In this document: in pieces, positions 12,951 to 26,656 of the stretch
Layout: each line of letters opens with the position of its first letter
Numbering within the stretch: the stretch's first letter is position 1
DNA from: Dicyema japonicum
Lineage: Eukaryota > Animalia > Dicyemida
DNA: 64,000 nucleotides
Direction of reading: 5' to 3'
Assembly: GCA_011109175.1 (NCBI GenBank)
Contig: RDEW01000022.1
Coordinates: 580,273-644,272 of the forward strand
The notes under the pieces: model-generated
Seen by the model: only the letters and a program-made list of their open reading frames with translations
Databases searched by the model: none
Told to the model about the DNA's origin: nothing
Made by a program: the position numbers and the translations under genes

Positions 12951-13634
12951 AAAATTTACTTTAGTAATTATTATGAAAAATCTAAGGACATTTTTACGTT
13001 ATGGTCTTTACTTTAAATAATAATAAAGACCATAACGTAATTGCCAGTGATAATAATCACTTTCATTTTTAAACTTTACTAAAACTCGAACTCTGTCCCT
13101 AGCAAATGGAAGAAATCCCATACCGTAATTGTTTTAAGACTTGGTAAACCGAAGGCTTTCCTACGTCTTATCGGCCATATCTCTGAGATGAAAAACTCGT
13201 GCTGGAAAATTAGATCTCATTTGTTTCCTGCCACTTTCAGATCAGAGCGATCTACAACAAGGCACTTCACTTGGTTGATGCAATTCATCTCGGAAGGCTT
13301 AAACGAACCTGTAAAAAAATCTACGGACATTTTTACGGGGATAGGGAAAGTCCGTTTGAAGTCAACCGAGCCCCCAGGTAGTTTAGGTGTGATTGAAGAT
13401 CTGATTTTGCCATGTCCACGTGTCTGTTGCGGTTTGCAATATTTAACTCATCCGAGTAAGCTAAGAGCATTGAATTGCCCTTTTCAGGGAGAGGTTAGTA
13501 GCGTAAGAATAGGTTGAAGAGTGCTGCGGAAAGATATGATCCTTGAGGGTCTCCAGGGCTGACAAAAACTTAAAAACCAAAAGCGGAAGTTCCCATGTTT
13601 CTTGTGAGTCACATAATCGTGAGAGAACCGCCAA

Positions 13635-13915
13635 CAATTCTAGTCACACAGCCAACCTCTCTCCGATACCAAGAAACTAAAAATTGCTATAGGACACCCC
13701 CAAGGTACCATTCACGATGTTTGATGTTCTCAAAAGGTAACATTTCCTCTTCCGCATTATCGTTTCAGAATCACAGTGGAATACGATATTTTGAGAATCT
13801 CTGCTATCTGAAATATGCAAGAAAGATAAGATAATGAAACAGACAGAAAATTCAAAACTTAGAGTACAAACCCCCAAAGCTTCTCCTAGAGCACCTACAG
13901 GGGGTAAACCCTCAT
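13635..13915. repeat. Dispersed repeat, inverted copy of 62893-63170
   Basis: Long reverse-complement match, e.g. CAGAATCACAGTGGAATACGATATTTTGAGAATCTCTGCTATCTGAAATATGCAAGAAA. Confidence 0.9.
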
Positions 13916-14467
13916 CAAATACTTCAAAGCCACTTCAAACAACTTCCGATTTTGAATGAATTAATCAATATGGAAAATCAACTTTTCAGATCAGTTATCA
14001 GAAGGAATCGATGATCCATTAAGGTTTATGTATTAACGGTAAGGTTTGGTGAGGAAGTTGACCCCCCAGCAAATTAGCTACGTGCTCAAAATTGTGACAT
14101 TTCTAGAAAGAATCGAGTTTGTGACAATCGTTCGCGCATAACTAAATAATCGATATAAGTGGACTCCTAATAATATTTGAAATACTCATCTCCCCCAAAT
14201 CGAAAATAAGCGAGGGACTTAAAAGTAAGCTGGATAATCTCTAATGACTGATACAGTAGTAATCCCTTAATGCAGGAGCTTAATTAGTGTAATGACAGAC
14301 TATTTCGAGGTTTGTCGTATAATGCAATCTGCCTCGAGAATGATTTCCATTAGCTCTCGGGGATCTGACATTGTCAGAAATCAATCACTGAACTGTCAAA
14401 ATGTTACATATTTCATTAATTGCTAAGATTTTAAAGGTTAATGTGGTTAATGACAGTGATTACTGCT

Positions 14468-15109
<642 letters not shown>

Positions 15110-15557
15110 TTCAAATCTAGTCGGACGATTACGTTATATAATCAGAAAAATGCGTCAAGTTTGCGACAGAAACAAAAAATCTATATTCTTAGAATTAGTG
15201 CGAACTAAAAATACTTGAAATCATGTCAATATTTCCGAAACACAGAATTTCGTGTTTTCACGTCCTCACTGTTCGTTGTAACCAGAACATTCCTCGGTCG
15301 TTAATTTCCGCGATTATTTGCGGATTTCTATTATTTCACCTTTGTCAGTGGTTTTATGCCCCAGTCACGTGTCATTATTCAGAATATTGTAGTGACTTTA
15401 CATCCTTGTAGGGAGTATTTTAGCATTTTCTTGCCTTCACTAACCTGAGAAATGTTTTTCATCTCTATAATAGATCAAGATAACTTATCAGAGTACAATA
15501 TCTGCCCAGTTTGATATTCCTAACTGACTGCCTTCCACTTTAGAAAATTCTAGAAAT

Positions 15558-15612
15558 TATTTATTAACCCCATGCTTACAATCTTTGGTAAGCCCAACAC
15601 AAACAGTCATAA
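15558..15612 (-). repeat. Retroelement 3'-end stem-loop motif, copy 1 of 3
   Basis: GCTTAC-CAAAGATT-GTAAGC followed by TGGGGTTAATAA; also at 42900-42950 (+) and 62230-62280 (+). Confidence 0.75.
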
Positions 15613-17044
15613 GTAGTTAATCCAGGAAGGAGAACATAAGCTTGTGCCGACCACATCCATCCTCCGATAGTACATTAAAGGCATCATCTTCAGAAGAGAG
15701 GTGGGGAAGTAGGTTCGCCCTCTTCCATTTTCATCACACGTCATGTAAGGCCGCTTGGATTCAGATTTCTGAAGCTTGGAGACTTCAAGTTTTTCATTTT
15801 TGACTCTCACTTTGATCGACTCATTAGTATTAAGACAACCACCTTGTTCGATAAATTGACATCAATGTAGCTGAGAAGGATTTTCCGTGATTTATTGCAA
15901 ATATTGTGGTAGTGCCAGTTCAAGTATGTCACTAAAAGGTTGACCAGTTGGTCGGATGGTTGAGGTGATGCTGTACCTCCATTGTAAGTGTCTTCATCTT
16001 CTCATGATGAACGTGGCCTTTCATTTCACTTCTCTTTTGGGTGGATGAGAGTTGTTTTTTTGGACGAACTTAAACAAATCTCCCTTGGGGAACAAGGGGA
16101 TTATTAGTTAGTTGATTCTAAAATGACGGAAAACGAGATGGTGGTAGTTCTGGGTGACAATCACTTTTTTCTATGAGGTTCTCAATCGAGTATGCCTTCG
16201 CAACAGATACACTTCCCTGTTTCTCCTTAAGAACTGATTCTAGATGTAGAGACTGTCCTCTTATTTTTCTCTCCCAAGTCGAATTTCTCAAATTGGTAAC
16301 CTCATTCGTGATCTGAAGTACTTTGCTTGTTGAAGTCGTTTGGAAACAAGCCACGATGCCTATTAAGTATTCTATTCTTGGAATTGGCTCCCCCTTGATG
16401 TTTCACTTCCTGTGCACGTTTTTTGGTGGTTTCCGATTTCCTAGTTAAGAAAATCTGCACTATGGATGTTTGATGCAGAAATCTTCCAAGAAAGTGAGGA
16501 CCCGCTAAGTGCGATCCTTAGTTGAGTACTGGGAACGTTCATTGACGATGATTCAGCACAATTCTGAGTGCCGCTAAGCACGTAATGAAGATTTGCGTGA
16601 CACAATGATTCCAATGCAGCGGATTGACGGTTACGGACTCCAAACTCTCACTAGAAGAAGTGGTGGCCAAAACTCTTAGGGACAAGACCTTTTTTAATAC
16701 CATGATGAGGTCATCTAACATTTCATAAATAACCGATTACTTTTAATTACTAGCTCATCCACAATCTGTTTAGAAGTGAGCGTTTGTGCAACGGGTGAAC
16801 AAGTTGGTCAATTGTGATTTCTAGACATCCAAGATTATCCTTTGTGATCTGCCATGTTAATTAATTCAGGTTAATTAATCCTGATTTTTTTTCATCCTAA
16901 TTAAATAAAAAATATCAAAAAATTAATTTCATAGGAATTAAATTTCCAAACTAAAGAATTGTGCAAAAAATGATTTAGAAACGTCAAAAGTGTAATAATC
17001 ACTTGCCAGTAAACTTTATTAAATTATTCTAAGACTAAAAATAA

Positions 17045-17260
17045 AACCAAATTAACTAATTCCTTGATCCTGACACGTTCCAACAGAACCCTCACCACAG
17101 CACAGTGATCCGGAGGATATTGTCCGGGAAGCTGAGGTTGATTCCAGAACTTGGAAGCGAAATTTTATTCCGGTTGAATAAATAGATGGATACTTTTGAA
17201 TACCGATCAGACATTGGACGTCTACTGAGTAAGGTGATCCTATGACGCCACCAGAGGGAA
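17045..17260 (-). mobile_element. Short internally deleted LINE derivative (leader + 3' tail)
   Basis: TGGCGTCATAGGATCACC leader (17233-17250), TTCAACCGGA and TCAGCTTCCCGGAC blocks shared with the 44.9 kb LINE leader, then a GGATCA..AATTAGTT tail. Confidence 0.6.
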
Positions 17261-17444
17261 AGGAATAAAAATCTTCAATAGGTAGCAACATAACACACAT
17301 AGCATCACGTATATTTAAAAAAATTAATTTATTTTTGCTGGAAAATAAATACTGTATTAATATCTTAACAGATAATTGTAATAATTGATTAAATCTAGCT
17401 TGCAAAATTGGTTGTGCTAAGTAGAAGATTTCCGTCTGTTTTTG

Positions 17445-17712
17445 CTCTTTAATCCTTTTCCTCTTCCTACTAGAATGGAGTCATGTGATCCACCTGTCTC
17501 AGGTGGGACCCAGTCCCAGGCTGGCACAAAAGATCATTTGCTTTTCTCGACTTCACTGGAGGGGTTTCCACAACTGCAAGGAATGGACGCCTTTTACCTT
17601 GTATGCTGGTTCCGGAAGGACTTGAGTGACGTTGAAGGACTCTGTTTCTGTAACACTGGAAACTGGATACACTTAACTAGTTGTTTCCTTTTAACCTCTT
17701 TCTCGTTAATTT
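17445..17712 (+). mobile_element. Short internally deleted LINE derivative (SIDE-like), same subfamily as 49.7 kb
   Basis: TGGAGTCATGTGATCCACC leader (17476-17494), shared ACTGGAGG(G)GTTTCCACAACTGCAA block and a CTGGATACACTTAACTAG tail. Confidence 0.75.
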
Positions 17713-20450
17713 AATTACTAAATTAAGTGATCTCGAAGGCCTTAGTCAGATTTCTCATTTTCTCCTCGTGCGCCTTCTGGATCCAACACAACTTCTCTGT
17801 GGGGTGGGTGGTTTGGGGATAGGAATTGGAGAGGGGTGATGTATACCCTTCTCATAAGACACGTCGTGGCTGTGTATTGTTGAGAGTTGCACTGCCTTCA
17901 CAGGGTAGCAAATCTTTTCCATTTTGTCGGATGAGATCTTCAAGTGATGAGGGAATTAGTTTTTCTAGTTTCCCGAGATTACTAATAGTAGTGGCTGTTA
18001 AGGCCTGAATGTCCCGGATTCTTTGTTTGTTCGTCCAGGACAGATTGATTCCCATGACGTACAGGCATAGCTGACAGATGGCTCAATGAATTGTTTTTAC
18101 AATAATTTCAAAGCTGTGAAAGGGTTTTAATGCCACCAAAAAAGATTTGATTACCCCTAGCTTTCTTGAGCAGCCTCCAGAGATCGACATGAGATGAAAC
18201 GGACATGTGTGTCGAAGGTGATCTCCAAGATTTTCAGTTTCTTCGTGAAAGGTATTTTTTCTGGTTGATAAATATATCCACTGTCATTTGTCCAAGTCGT
18301 TTGTCTGAAATAAATAAAGACGAAGAAGATTTTTCAGTAGATATATCAGGCCGGTTATAATTTAGCCAAATTTGAATCTTGAAGGTATTCATGTAGTCTT
18401 TCTGATGTCTTTGGATATCTTGATCGCGGGATCCGATTATTGTCATCAGTATATGATATGAGGAAATAGTCTTTATTATCTGGTTGTGGTAAATCGGACA
18501 TGTATATGTTAAATAAAGCGGGTGATAAAGGGGAACCTCGTGAGACACCATTGGGTAGTAGTCTTGAAACTCATTTGGTCCCATCCATGTATACCCGGGC
18601 CTTCTTCCATTGATGAAGTTAGTAAGCCAAAGTTTTTATTGGGGTTGACGGGGAGGCCAAACAATTTCCGGGTTAGGATTTTCCTTGAGACAGAGTCGAA
18701 GGCCTTTTGTAAATCGATCGAGCAAACGACTGTTTTGAGGTGACGAGGATTTGTGTTAAAGCCTTCAATGATAAATTGGTTGAGAGAAGTTAGGTGGGTA
18801 GAAGTTAAATGACCCTTCTGAATCAATGTTGTGAGGAAGAAAAAGGAAGGGACGGGTTATAAGGTTAAGAATTAATTTTTCCAATAACTTTGATAAGGTG
18901 CATAGTAAAGAGATTGGTCGAAATGACGCAGGATTGTTTTAGGCTTCCAGGCTTAAAAATTGGGCGTATAAAGGACAGTTTCAGATAGTTGGAATTGTCT
19001 TCATGTTTATTGAATAGTTGAAAATCACTGTGATTGCATCAATCGCAATAGGTCCAATATGTTTTAGTAAAATACTAGGGATAGAATCAGGCCCACGTGA
19101 GAGGGAAGAATTCATCCTTTTCAAACCCTCACTGACATCTGAATGTGAGATAAAGTTAATCGGCTGGGTTCTCTTCGGTCTTATTGAGGATAAAAAAGGC
19201 CCATCCATTTTCCTGAAAGGTTTGTGGCTTATACTGGCGTAATATTTCATGAGCTCGTTAAGACTGTGCTGATCCGTCTGTTGTCCTTTAAAATTTCTTT
19301 TGGGGCAAATTGTTTAATTTCTCTCCATATCGTCTGAGAAGATTTCTGAAATGGAAGGGAAAATACTAGTTTGTCCCATTTGTTGGATTCAGCTTTTCTA
19401 ATCCTTTTAGATATTTCGTCATTGAGAGTTTTTGTTCGATTTTTCTGTCCGGGGAAGGAAGGTACATGTTTTTTCAGGCGATTCCTTTCTTTAATTAATG
19501 ATTTGGTGTTCTTATCGAGTTTTTCATTGTAGAATTTAAATGATCCGCGGAATGAATGTTCTCCGCGCCATGAGAGTAGTTTTGTTTAAAAAGTCAATAG
19601 CCTCATCTATTGAGGGGAATATCATCATATCAAAGTTAGTAGAGCTTGATCGATGTATTTTGAATAGTCATTCCAGTTTGCTTTTTTATAAAAATGAAAA
19701 GTCTCTTTCTATGGTAAAGAACTTTTTTGATTCGAATAATGATTGGATTGTGGTCGGAAGATAATCCATAATGCACCGTCCAAGATGTGCCCGGTGCAAG
19801 GTATGGGGAACAGAAGGTAATGTCTGAGGACGATGATGCTTCGTTTTCCTTGTAAGGAGTCATAGTGTGCTTCCTGGGGTTGTTGAGGATAGTCAGAGAG
19901 GTGAGTTAGTTTATTAAGGATAATCCTCTTGAGTCTGCTGGATGTGATTTTAACCAGTCTGGATGTTTAGCATTAAAATCTCCACACAATATCAGGTTTC
20001 CGAGCTTGTTTAACTTGGTTAGGTTTAGAGAGACTCTTTTTGGGCAAGAAGATGGAGAGGGGACGTAGATGTTTGTAATGTTGAGAGTCCTGAATCCACT
20101 TGTAATTGATATCCCAGATATTTCCGTGGTCCTATCGTTTGCTGAGATGTCTGTAAATCGAATGTTATTTCTTATAATGAGGAGACCACCACCACGACGG
20201 TTTGAGCGGTCCAGGCGGATGCAGTGATATCCTGATTTCGTTGATGTTTATCTGCAGAATTGAGAGTGGAGGGCCTGGATTAAGTTCAATGTCACCGGGG
20301 AGAATTATCAGGAACCCATTCAACAGAAGGGGATTAAGAAAGGGAAGAGGCCATCGTCCGAAGAGTCCTTCTTCGGATGGGAGGTAGTTAATGGTATTTT
20401 TCGGCCTCCAAAACTTTCATAACTGGTAGACCACATGACGCTACGATTTA
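17713..20450 (-). mobile_element. Near-complete but decayed Jockey/I-like LINE: leader, 2A-like motif, APE endonuclease, RT, 3' tail
   Basis: Leader 20425-20443; GDIELNPGP at 20270-20293 in frame with LSILQININ; GLSSDHNPII, SRGPDSIP, SIDLQKAFDSVSR; 3' CVGSRRRTRRK and GAGATCACTTAATTTAG tail. Confidence 0.85.
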
Positions 20451-20494
20451 ACGTTAAATTCAGTTTTTTAAAGATTTTTCGTAGGTTGAAGTGA

Positions 20495-20880
20495 TGAACT
20501 AATAATAATAATAACACCAGAGACCACGGTTACACAAACTAACTGATTACGTGCTCTAGCAGGGACCTCATCTTGGCCCGATGCTCCTCCCTCGACCCCA
20601 CACAAGCACTAGATCTTCGCAGTCACGACGGCGTGTTCCATAGTTCATTTGTATCAAGGCTTCAAGAGGCATTGGTGGCTGGAACTCTACAGAAATCCAG
20701 CGTTCCGTGATTTTGGATGCTTTTTTCCAGCTATCCTCGATCTTCAAGACATTCGTCCAAGAGATGAATGGTCCCCATATACCACATGCACAAGAGATGC
20801 ATGGTTCAATGAATCGTTCACATATGGTGCTCAAAACAGTATGCTTTTCAATCTTCCATAAGCCTGTGAGGCATTTCAGA
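20495..20880 (-). mobile_element. Jockey/I-like LINE 3' end with (TTA)n tail
   Basis: CVGSREEHRAKMRSLL-type C-terminus and a TTATTATTATTA tail. Confidence 0.7.
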
Positions 20881-20911
20881 GCATTAGTTTTCTTTTCGCA
20901 TTTCGTAATTA

Positions 20912-22320
20912 CTAGGGCAACATATTTATTGACTTAAAAAAGTAAAAATTGCCCTTAAAAAGTCAATTTATTTGATCTTAAAATTTTAAAAATTGACATA
21001 AAAATTGACCTAAAAAATACTCGTTGCAACTTTATTTTCAAACTACGCTATTGAAAATTTAAAGTAATTTTATTTATCGTTTATCGAGTTATTCACAATT
21101 AAGTAATATTTTACATTATCCGCTTTAAAATTCCTATCCTTGGATAAGATTTTGTTAAGAATCGAAAATGATCGTTCCACTGCGCACGATGTAGCCTGAC
21201 AATCGATTAACAAAGAATAATCTAAAGGTGAAATGGAATCATCGAAATTCATTATTTTTGTGATATCATTAAAATTCATCCTTTTATTAATATAATTTTT
21301 ATCCACATACGTCTTCTTTAAAATCCAATTTTTTTCAAATAATTGTATGCTTTATAGTAAAATTGGTCGATTCGTCGTTAGATCTTCATGAAGTTGTCCA
21401 TTAAATAAACATTCTTTCGCTCTTTTAATAAGCAAAGAATCCCCTTTTAAGGAAATGCATATTTGAATGACATTTGGCAGGTTTGTAGCATTGTAAGAAC
21501 AGCCTTAAGCCAGCTCCCCCATCTCGTAACTATTGGTTCTGGTGGGTACTCAATTTCTTTAAACAATTGTCTTCGATGATTGTTTTTTACAAGTGCTTTA
21601 ATACAAGCAATCAATTTGTCGACTTGGGGATAATATACTTTCATTTTAAGTGCACAATTATGCACTAAATGAGCAAAAACTGAGATACGGTAGAGACTAA
21701 ACTTAGGTAAAAGCTTTACGGATTTGCAACGTTCCAAATAGACAATTAACAAATTTGTTTTTCCCAACATCAGTTTCGTCCACAATCAAAAAAACCTTAA
21801 CAATTAAATTATTCAAACTAACTTTCTTTTATGAAATTAAATTAATTATTTTGGATATCTTTCGTTGAGCTAAAATTTCTGCTACATTGCGGCAAGTAAA
21901 CTCTGAAGGAAGTGGATGCCCAAAGTTGATAATTGCTCGATTCCTCAATTTATAGAGTGGAATGTTTGCGGATACTAATGCTTCCGTTACGTCGGTTGCA
22001 AAAAAAAGAATTCATTTGGAACAATATTCAATTGTTTTTTTTGTGGATGTATTTATTCGTGAAGAGTGCTTCTGTGTTCCCTGTGTTTTTTCACAAAAAT
22101 TTGTTTCTTGCAAGTTACGGGTAACTCACATAATTTAGAAAAAAGCATTCCATTCGGTGTAATTGAGAACTCTTTGGATATTTGTCACCAATATTTTTAG
22201 TTTTTTTTTTAAATCGGAAGGCTTATTTTTAGTTATTTAAAAATTGACCTAATTAAAAAATTGACCTAAAAATCTAAAAAGTTGACATAATTGACCTAAA
22301 AACTTTTTATAGAAATCTTT
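20912..22320 (-). mobile_element. hAT-like (CGGBP1-related) transposase element, family copy 2
   Basis: FAHLVHNCA, PPEPIVTRWGSWLKA and TSCAVERSFSILNKIL (hAT-type dimerisation tail); AATTGACCTAA repeats at both ends. Confidence 0.7.
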
Positions 22321-22409
22321 GATATTATAATGGAAATGGCGGACGACCTGGACTACCTAAGAGAACTAGTGCGCAACAGAAGATCATGGTCGAAGCTGTC
22401 GGAGAAGAT

Positions 22410-23560
22410 GATTCGGAATACGGCACAAGGGAAACTTAACTAATTTTATGTGACTTATGCATGTCAAAAGTCTCCCCAAGGATCCTTTGGGATTTTCTGA
22501 ATTGGAAGGGAAGATACTAATTGGAAGGTTTTCTGAATTGGAAGGTCCGTTTTCCCAATCTCTTGTCTGAAGTAAATAGGGTTGTGACGGACTTTTCACT
22601 GCTGACAGTTAGGCGATTCTTCAAAGACGGTCCAGATTTTCTTGCAATCTCGAAATGGCAATCTGGATGTCCTGTTCGAGTGAAATAATGACGATGTCGT
22701 GATATGTTAGAATAATATCATTTTCGGAGTCTGAAGTGGGGAGGTCCGCTGAGATATTTCGGGGATACATCCGACTTCTTATGGTCTTTATGGGATATTT
22801 TCACATAGTATTTTTTAGGTTGTTGAAGTCCATTTGGCTGTGATCTACGATCTTTCATCCTCTTTTGAGGCGTCTTGGATGGTCTTCCAAAGCCTATCCT
22901 CAGTAGTTAATCGGCCAGACTTTTTGAGTTCGTTTCTTTCCTTGGTTAATGCCGACCTGCCACATCCCCTGGTGTAGTTAAGGTGGTGTTTAGGTACAGA
23001 TCTCGCATCCAAGATAGTGCGGTTTACATAAGCGAACACTTTGCCCATTGAAGTGATACCATCCAGGTACTGCAGTAGGTTGTCAGTAGGTGTGCGGTAA
23101 AGTCTCTAGTATGCGCGTTTGTAGTTGAATTGTTTTAGGGACCTCCTCCTAGTTGACGTTTTTCTCTTGATCTTCAAAAAGATCGCATTATGGTCACTTC
23201 TTGAGTTGTAAGTGACTGACCAAGTCGATATTGCCGCCAGGCCGTGAGAACAAAGCGTGATGTCTGTAGAAGTCAGTTGGTCTGACTCCTTGAAGGGGGT
23301 TCTCGTATATTTTGACTGGTCATTCATAATCGTGAAAGGTCCTGTCTGCGAAAGTAGTACTTTTCCCCTTGAATCGGACGGTTGACTCGCCAGCCATAGA
23401 GGGTGTTTGGCGTTGATAATCCGTTTTTTGCGGTGGGCTAGGGGTTCCTGTCTGCGGTAGTATGCGGATGATACGGTTGACTCGCCAGCGGAGACAGTTT
23501 CCTCGGAGGTAAATGTTTAATGGTTCTCTTTGGAGTAACATTAGGTGCCCTCTGGGCGTA
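22410..23560 (-). mobile_element. Jockey/I-like LINE remnant (endonuclease end + linker)
   Basis: STDITLCSHGLAAISTWSVTYNSRSDHNAIFLKI. Confidence 0.65.
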
Positions 23561-23759
23561 ATCAATACTTACAGAATCAATGAACCACATAACGCCACGC
23601 TCTAAAGCTTCTATGATCGACGCTAACTTATTTTTCTTACTTTTGTAAAGAGAACATAATTCTAGCCATTTTGGAAGAGATAGAATGTTCTCAACGAAAG
23701 ACTGTATAGTGTCTTTGTTGAGCAAACTGATGAGATTGAATGTGTCATAGAGATGTGTT

Positions 23760-24010
23760 ACTGTTGTGCATAATAATTCAACCTAATACTAATCAATTTC
23801 GAAAAATGCAGTTGTCGAATTATCCATGACTGCGAAGGAAATATCCTCTCTCTTTACAGGTACCTTTTATAATCGGACCACCTGTCATTTTGCACATCAA
23901 CAACGTGAAGAATTAGTAATTCTTTTATGGATGAACTTTATGAATGGTTCCATGTTGAACATATGCGGAAGGCCTCAAGCCCCATGAATTCAAGGACAAG
24001 TAGAAAGGTA
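23760..24010 (+). mobile_element. Retroviral-type integrase core remnant (Ginger/Gypsy-like)
   Basis: GPPVILH..N and GRPQAP.IQGQVER resemble the rve core GRPRHPQSQGSVER. Confidence 0.45.
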
Positions 24011-24927
24011 AGTCCTCATTTCTTTTATCTAAGATTTAATCAATCGAATGGATATCCTCAACTAGCTCGTCGACTGGACATTTTGGAGGATATATCGATA
24101 ATTTAACACAAATTACTTTTGATTACAACAAACGGAGTATGCGACCACCAAAAATCGATTTAAAAAAATATTTTTATAAATTTTGGCAACGATTTATGCC
24201 GAACTCAAATGAATTTGAGGGTTTACTGGTTTTGAAGCGGAAAACAGAAATGAGTTATTTTAGAGCGAATGATGCTACGGAAAATTTAGAATCGATTTTG
24301 AAAAAATTTTCTAAGGAAGGAGAAAGTAGTTTGACGAGAAGAATTCATCATTGATCTGTGTCATATCAATCATATCAACTATTCAAGAAAGGAAAATACT
24401 GAGTCGGAGAACTCATGAAATCCGCTATTCACAATCATTCTTATGAGAGGCAGCAGAGACTTGTACATCTACGTTGTGGACATTGGCTATCTCTCGATGA
24501 GAGAGAAGTTCCAATTTCTACCTGACGTAGAAACCAAGACTCGACGTGAAAGGTGAGGAATAAATTTTATTCAGTCCTCCCCAGTTGGAGTGAGAATTAT
24601 CCTTTCTTAGTACCACGTCCTATCGATACGTTTAACACTATGGGAATCCTTCCACTGGAGTAAAAAAGAGAAGGATCTTTTTGGATGTGGCTTTGCATTG
24701 AGCGTCTCCTGAATTAGGTAAATCCAATGACACCTCTGGGAAATGAAGAAGACAAAGTCTTTCGACCGAGTAGATATCGATGTGGGAATCAAATCCAGAT
24801 TCGAGCAACAGCACTAAACAAACTGGTCTAGGGATGACCATAGTAAGTGAAGACGTTCACTGTAATCCCTACGTTAAATCTAAAGAAGGTAAGCCTATTT
24901 ATTAGTACGCAATAAATTTCCGAATAA

Positions 24928-26314
24928 TTAATTAATGTCGATTCCTCTCTCAGAAAGAATGCACTTGGCAATAGTATTCAGCTGAATATTCGTTGTCCCC
25001 TCATAAATTGTTCCTAAAAATATGCAGGGAAATCACCAATTTTAGCGTCCCTATAAAACTTTTCCACCAGAGAATCCCTAATATAGCCCATTCCCCCCAT
25101 AAAGTCAACACACTGAGAAGCAATCTGACCCGCCATCTGACTTTATTATATCCCAGATCACCTCTGAAGCAAAATACTTGGTAATCGCCGCATTCTTCAC
25201 AACGGAATCTCCCGCAAGAAGCTGACGAGCTGTATTGTACACCAAAAGACGAGCAGCATGGATTTGAGATTCCATTTGTGCGATACGGTGATTCATCACC
25301 TAAATCTCCCCAAATATGAACCTGAAAGCTCAAAATAGACTTACCGAACTGCTTCCTGTCCTTAGCATAGTCAATAGCCAACTGTAGACACCCCTCAGAC
25401 AGTCCCACCATCTTATAAACCCGACCAGAACTTGTGCTCCGATAGCGATTCTTCCCTCGTTAAGGATGTCTATGGCATACTTATAGCCCTTTCCAAGCTC
25501 CCCCAACTAAATGGTCCGAGGTACCACACGTTATCAAAGAAGACTTGGCAGGTACCCGAGGCCCTGAGACCAAGTTTGTCCTCAGGCAACCCAACACTGA
25601 GTCCCTTTGATTCCTGTCCACCAGAAAGCAACTGATTCCCTTATACCTACCATAAACCCATCATTCTACAATTTCGGGTCTACTGTCGCCATGACGATAA
25701 ATACGCCTGCAATTGTGGCGTTGGTTATCCACATTTACTGCCGTTCAGCACGAATCCCCATTGCTGTTTTCGGTGGCCCGAGTTTGCAGGGCGAAGCGTC
25801 TGACCCGATTGTGCCTCTGAACAGGCAAAAAGCACCAATCTGCATTAAATCGTCCAAAAACCGTATTTGTGGCTAATTTGGGAAAATACTTGTCCCGGAG
25901 TTGTTTGGAGCCGTATTTCTTTAGAAGAGTGATCACCAGGGTATTCTGCACGTCACATATGACAGAAAATGAACAGTCCACCATGGACAGTTGTTCGATG
26001 GCCAGGATGCTGGCAAAAAAGTTGGCTCCACAGCCGCCAAGATCCTGGCTGATCTCGATCCAAAGATCTGCCTATTAGCAGAAAAATGACCCCATTTTGA
26101 AAGGCTGAGTCAAGGATGTCCTTGTCGATGTACCCCTGCTTGTCCATCTTAGTGACACGTGGTTTTAAGATGTCGCGGAAAACGTAGCGACTACTTTTTA
26201 GACTTTCTATAAACCTGTGTTTTTTATTAGAGCCTCTTCTTCAGTGAGGCAGGTTATCGGACTGATCTGGCTCACAGGCCGGCACAACATTCTCGCAATT
26301 TTAGCAATTTTCAT
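24928..26314 (-). CDS. ACADSB: Short/branched-chain acyl-CoA dehydrogenase, 9 exons, about ten 1-nt indels as assembled
   Basis: GAFCLSE..SGSDAF, LNGSK(M)WIT, EDKLGLRASGTC, YKYAIDILNEGRIAIGAQ|MVGL, RKQFGK, MGGMGY and FYRDAKIG|TIYEGTTNIQLNTIAK; eight GT-AG introns of 24, 23, 22, 23, 20, 22, 25 and 23 nt. Confidence 0.9.
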
Positions 26315-26656
26315 ATATTTTGCTACAATTCTCAAATTATTAAAACGATCATCAATTAAGCTACGCCCATTATTCGAGGTAAATAGAAATAATTAAGACA
26401 ACCATATTAATTTCGCTTTTTGGTTAGAAATAAGCCAAATAAACCAATTAAGTAACGCCCAATTAAATTATTTTCGACAACGTAAGCATTAATATATTAC
26501 AAAGTTTTTTTTTTTATTTTTTTTAATTTTAAACAATTATTTTAACAATAAATTAAATAATTTTATAATAATATTCAAAATTACTACCCGGAAAGGATTG
26601 ACTGCCAAGCCAATTGGCCAGTAACCAATGGGCTTCGAAAGTGGAGCGTCCCAAAG

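Noticed and set aside
17052-17405. 117-aa ORF as a host gene
   Set aside because: It runs from AT-rich DNA through a LINE-leader derivative and has no recognisable domain.
26068-26090. Alternative 19-nt ACADSB intron keeping the frame without an indel
   Set aside because: It gives GADLWIE instead of the family-like GIFGIE; the 23-nt intron plus a missing G fits better.
24928-26314. ACADSB and ABCF2 as true pseudogenes or programmed-frameshift genes
   Set aside because: Protein motifs and splice sites are intact with no nonsense substitutions, and the breaks are mostly homopolymer indels without a shared slippery motif; sequencing error is more parsimonious.
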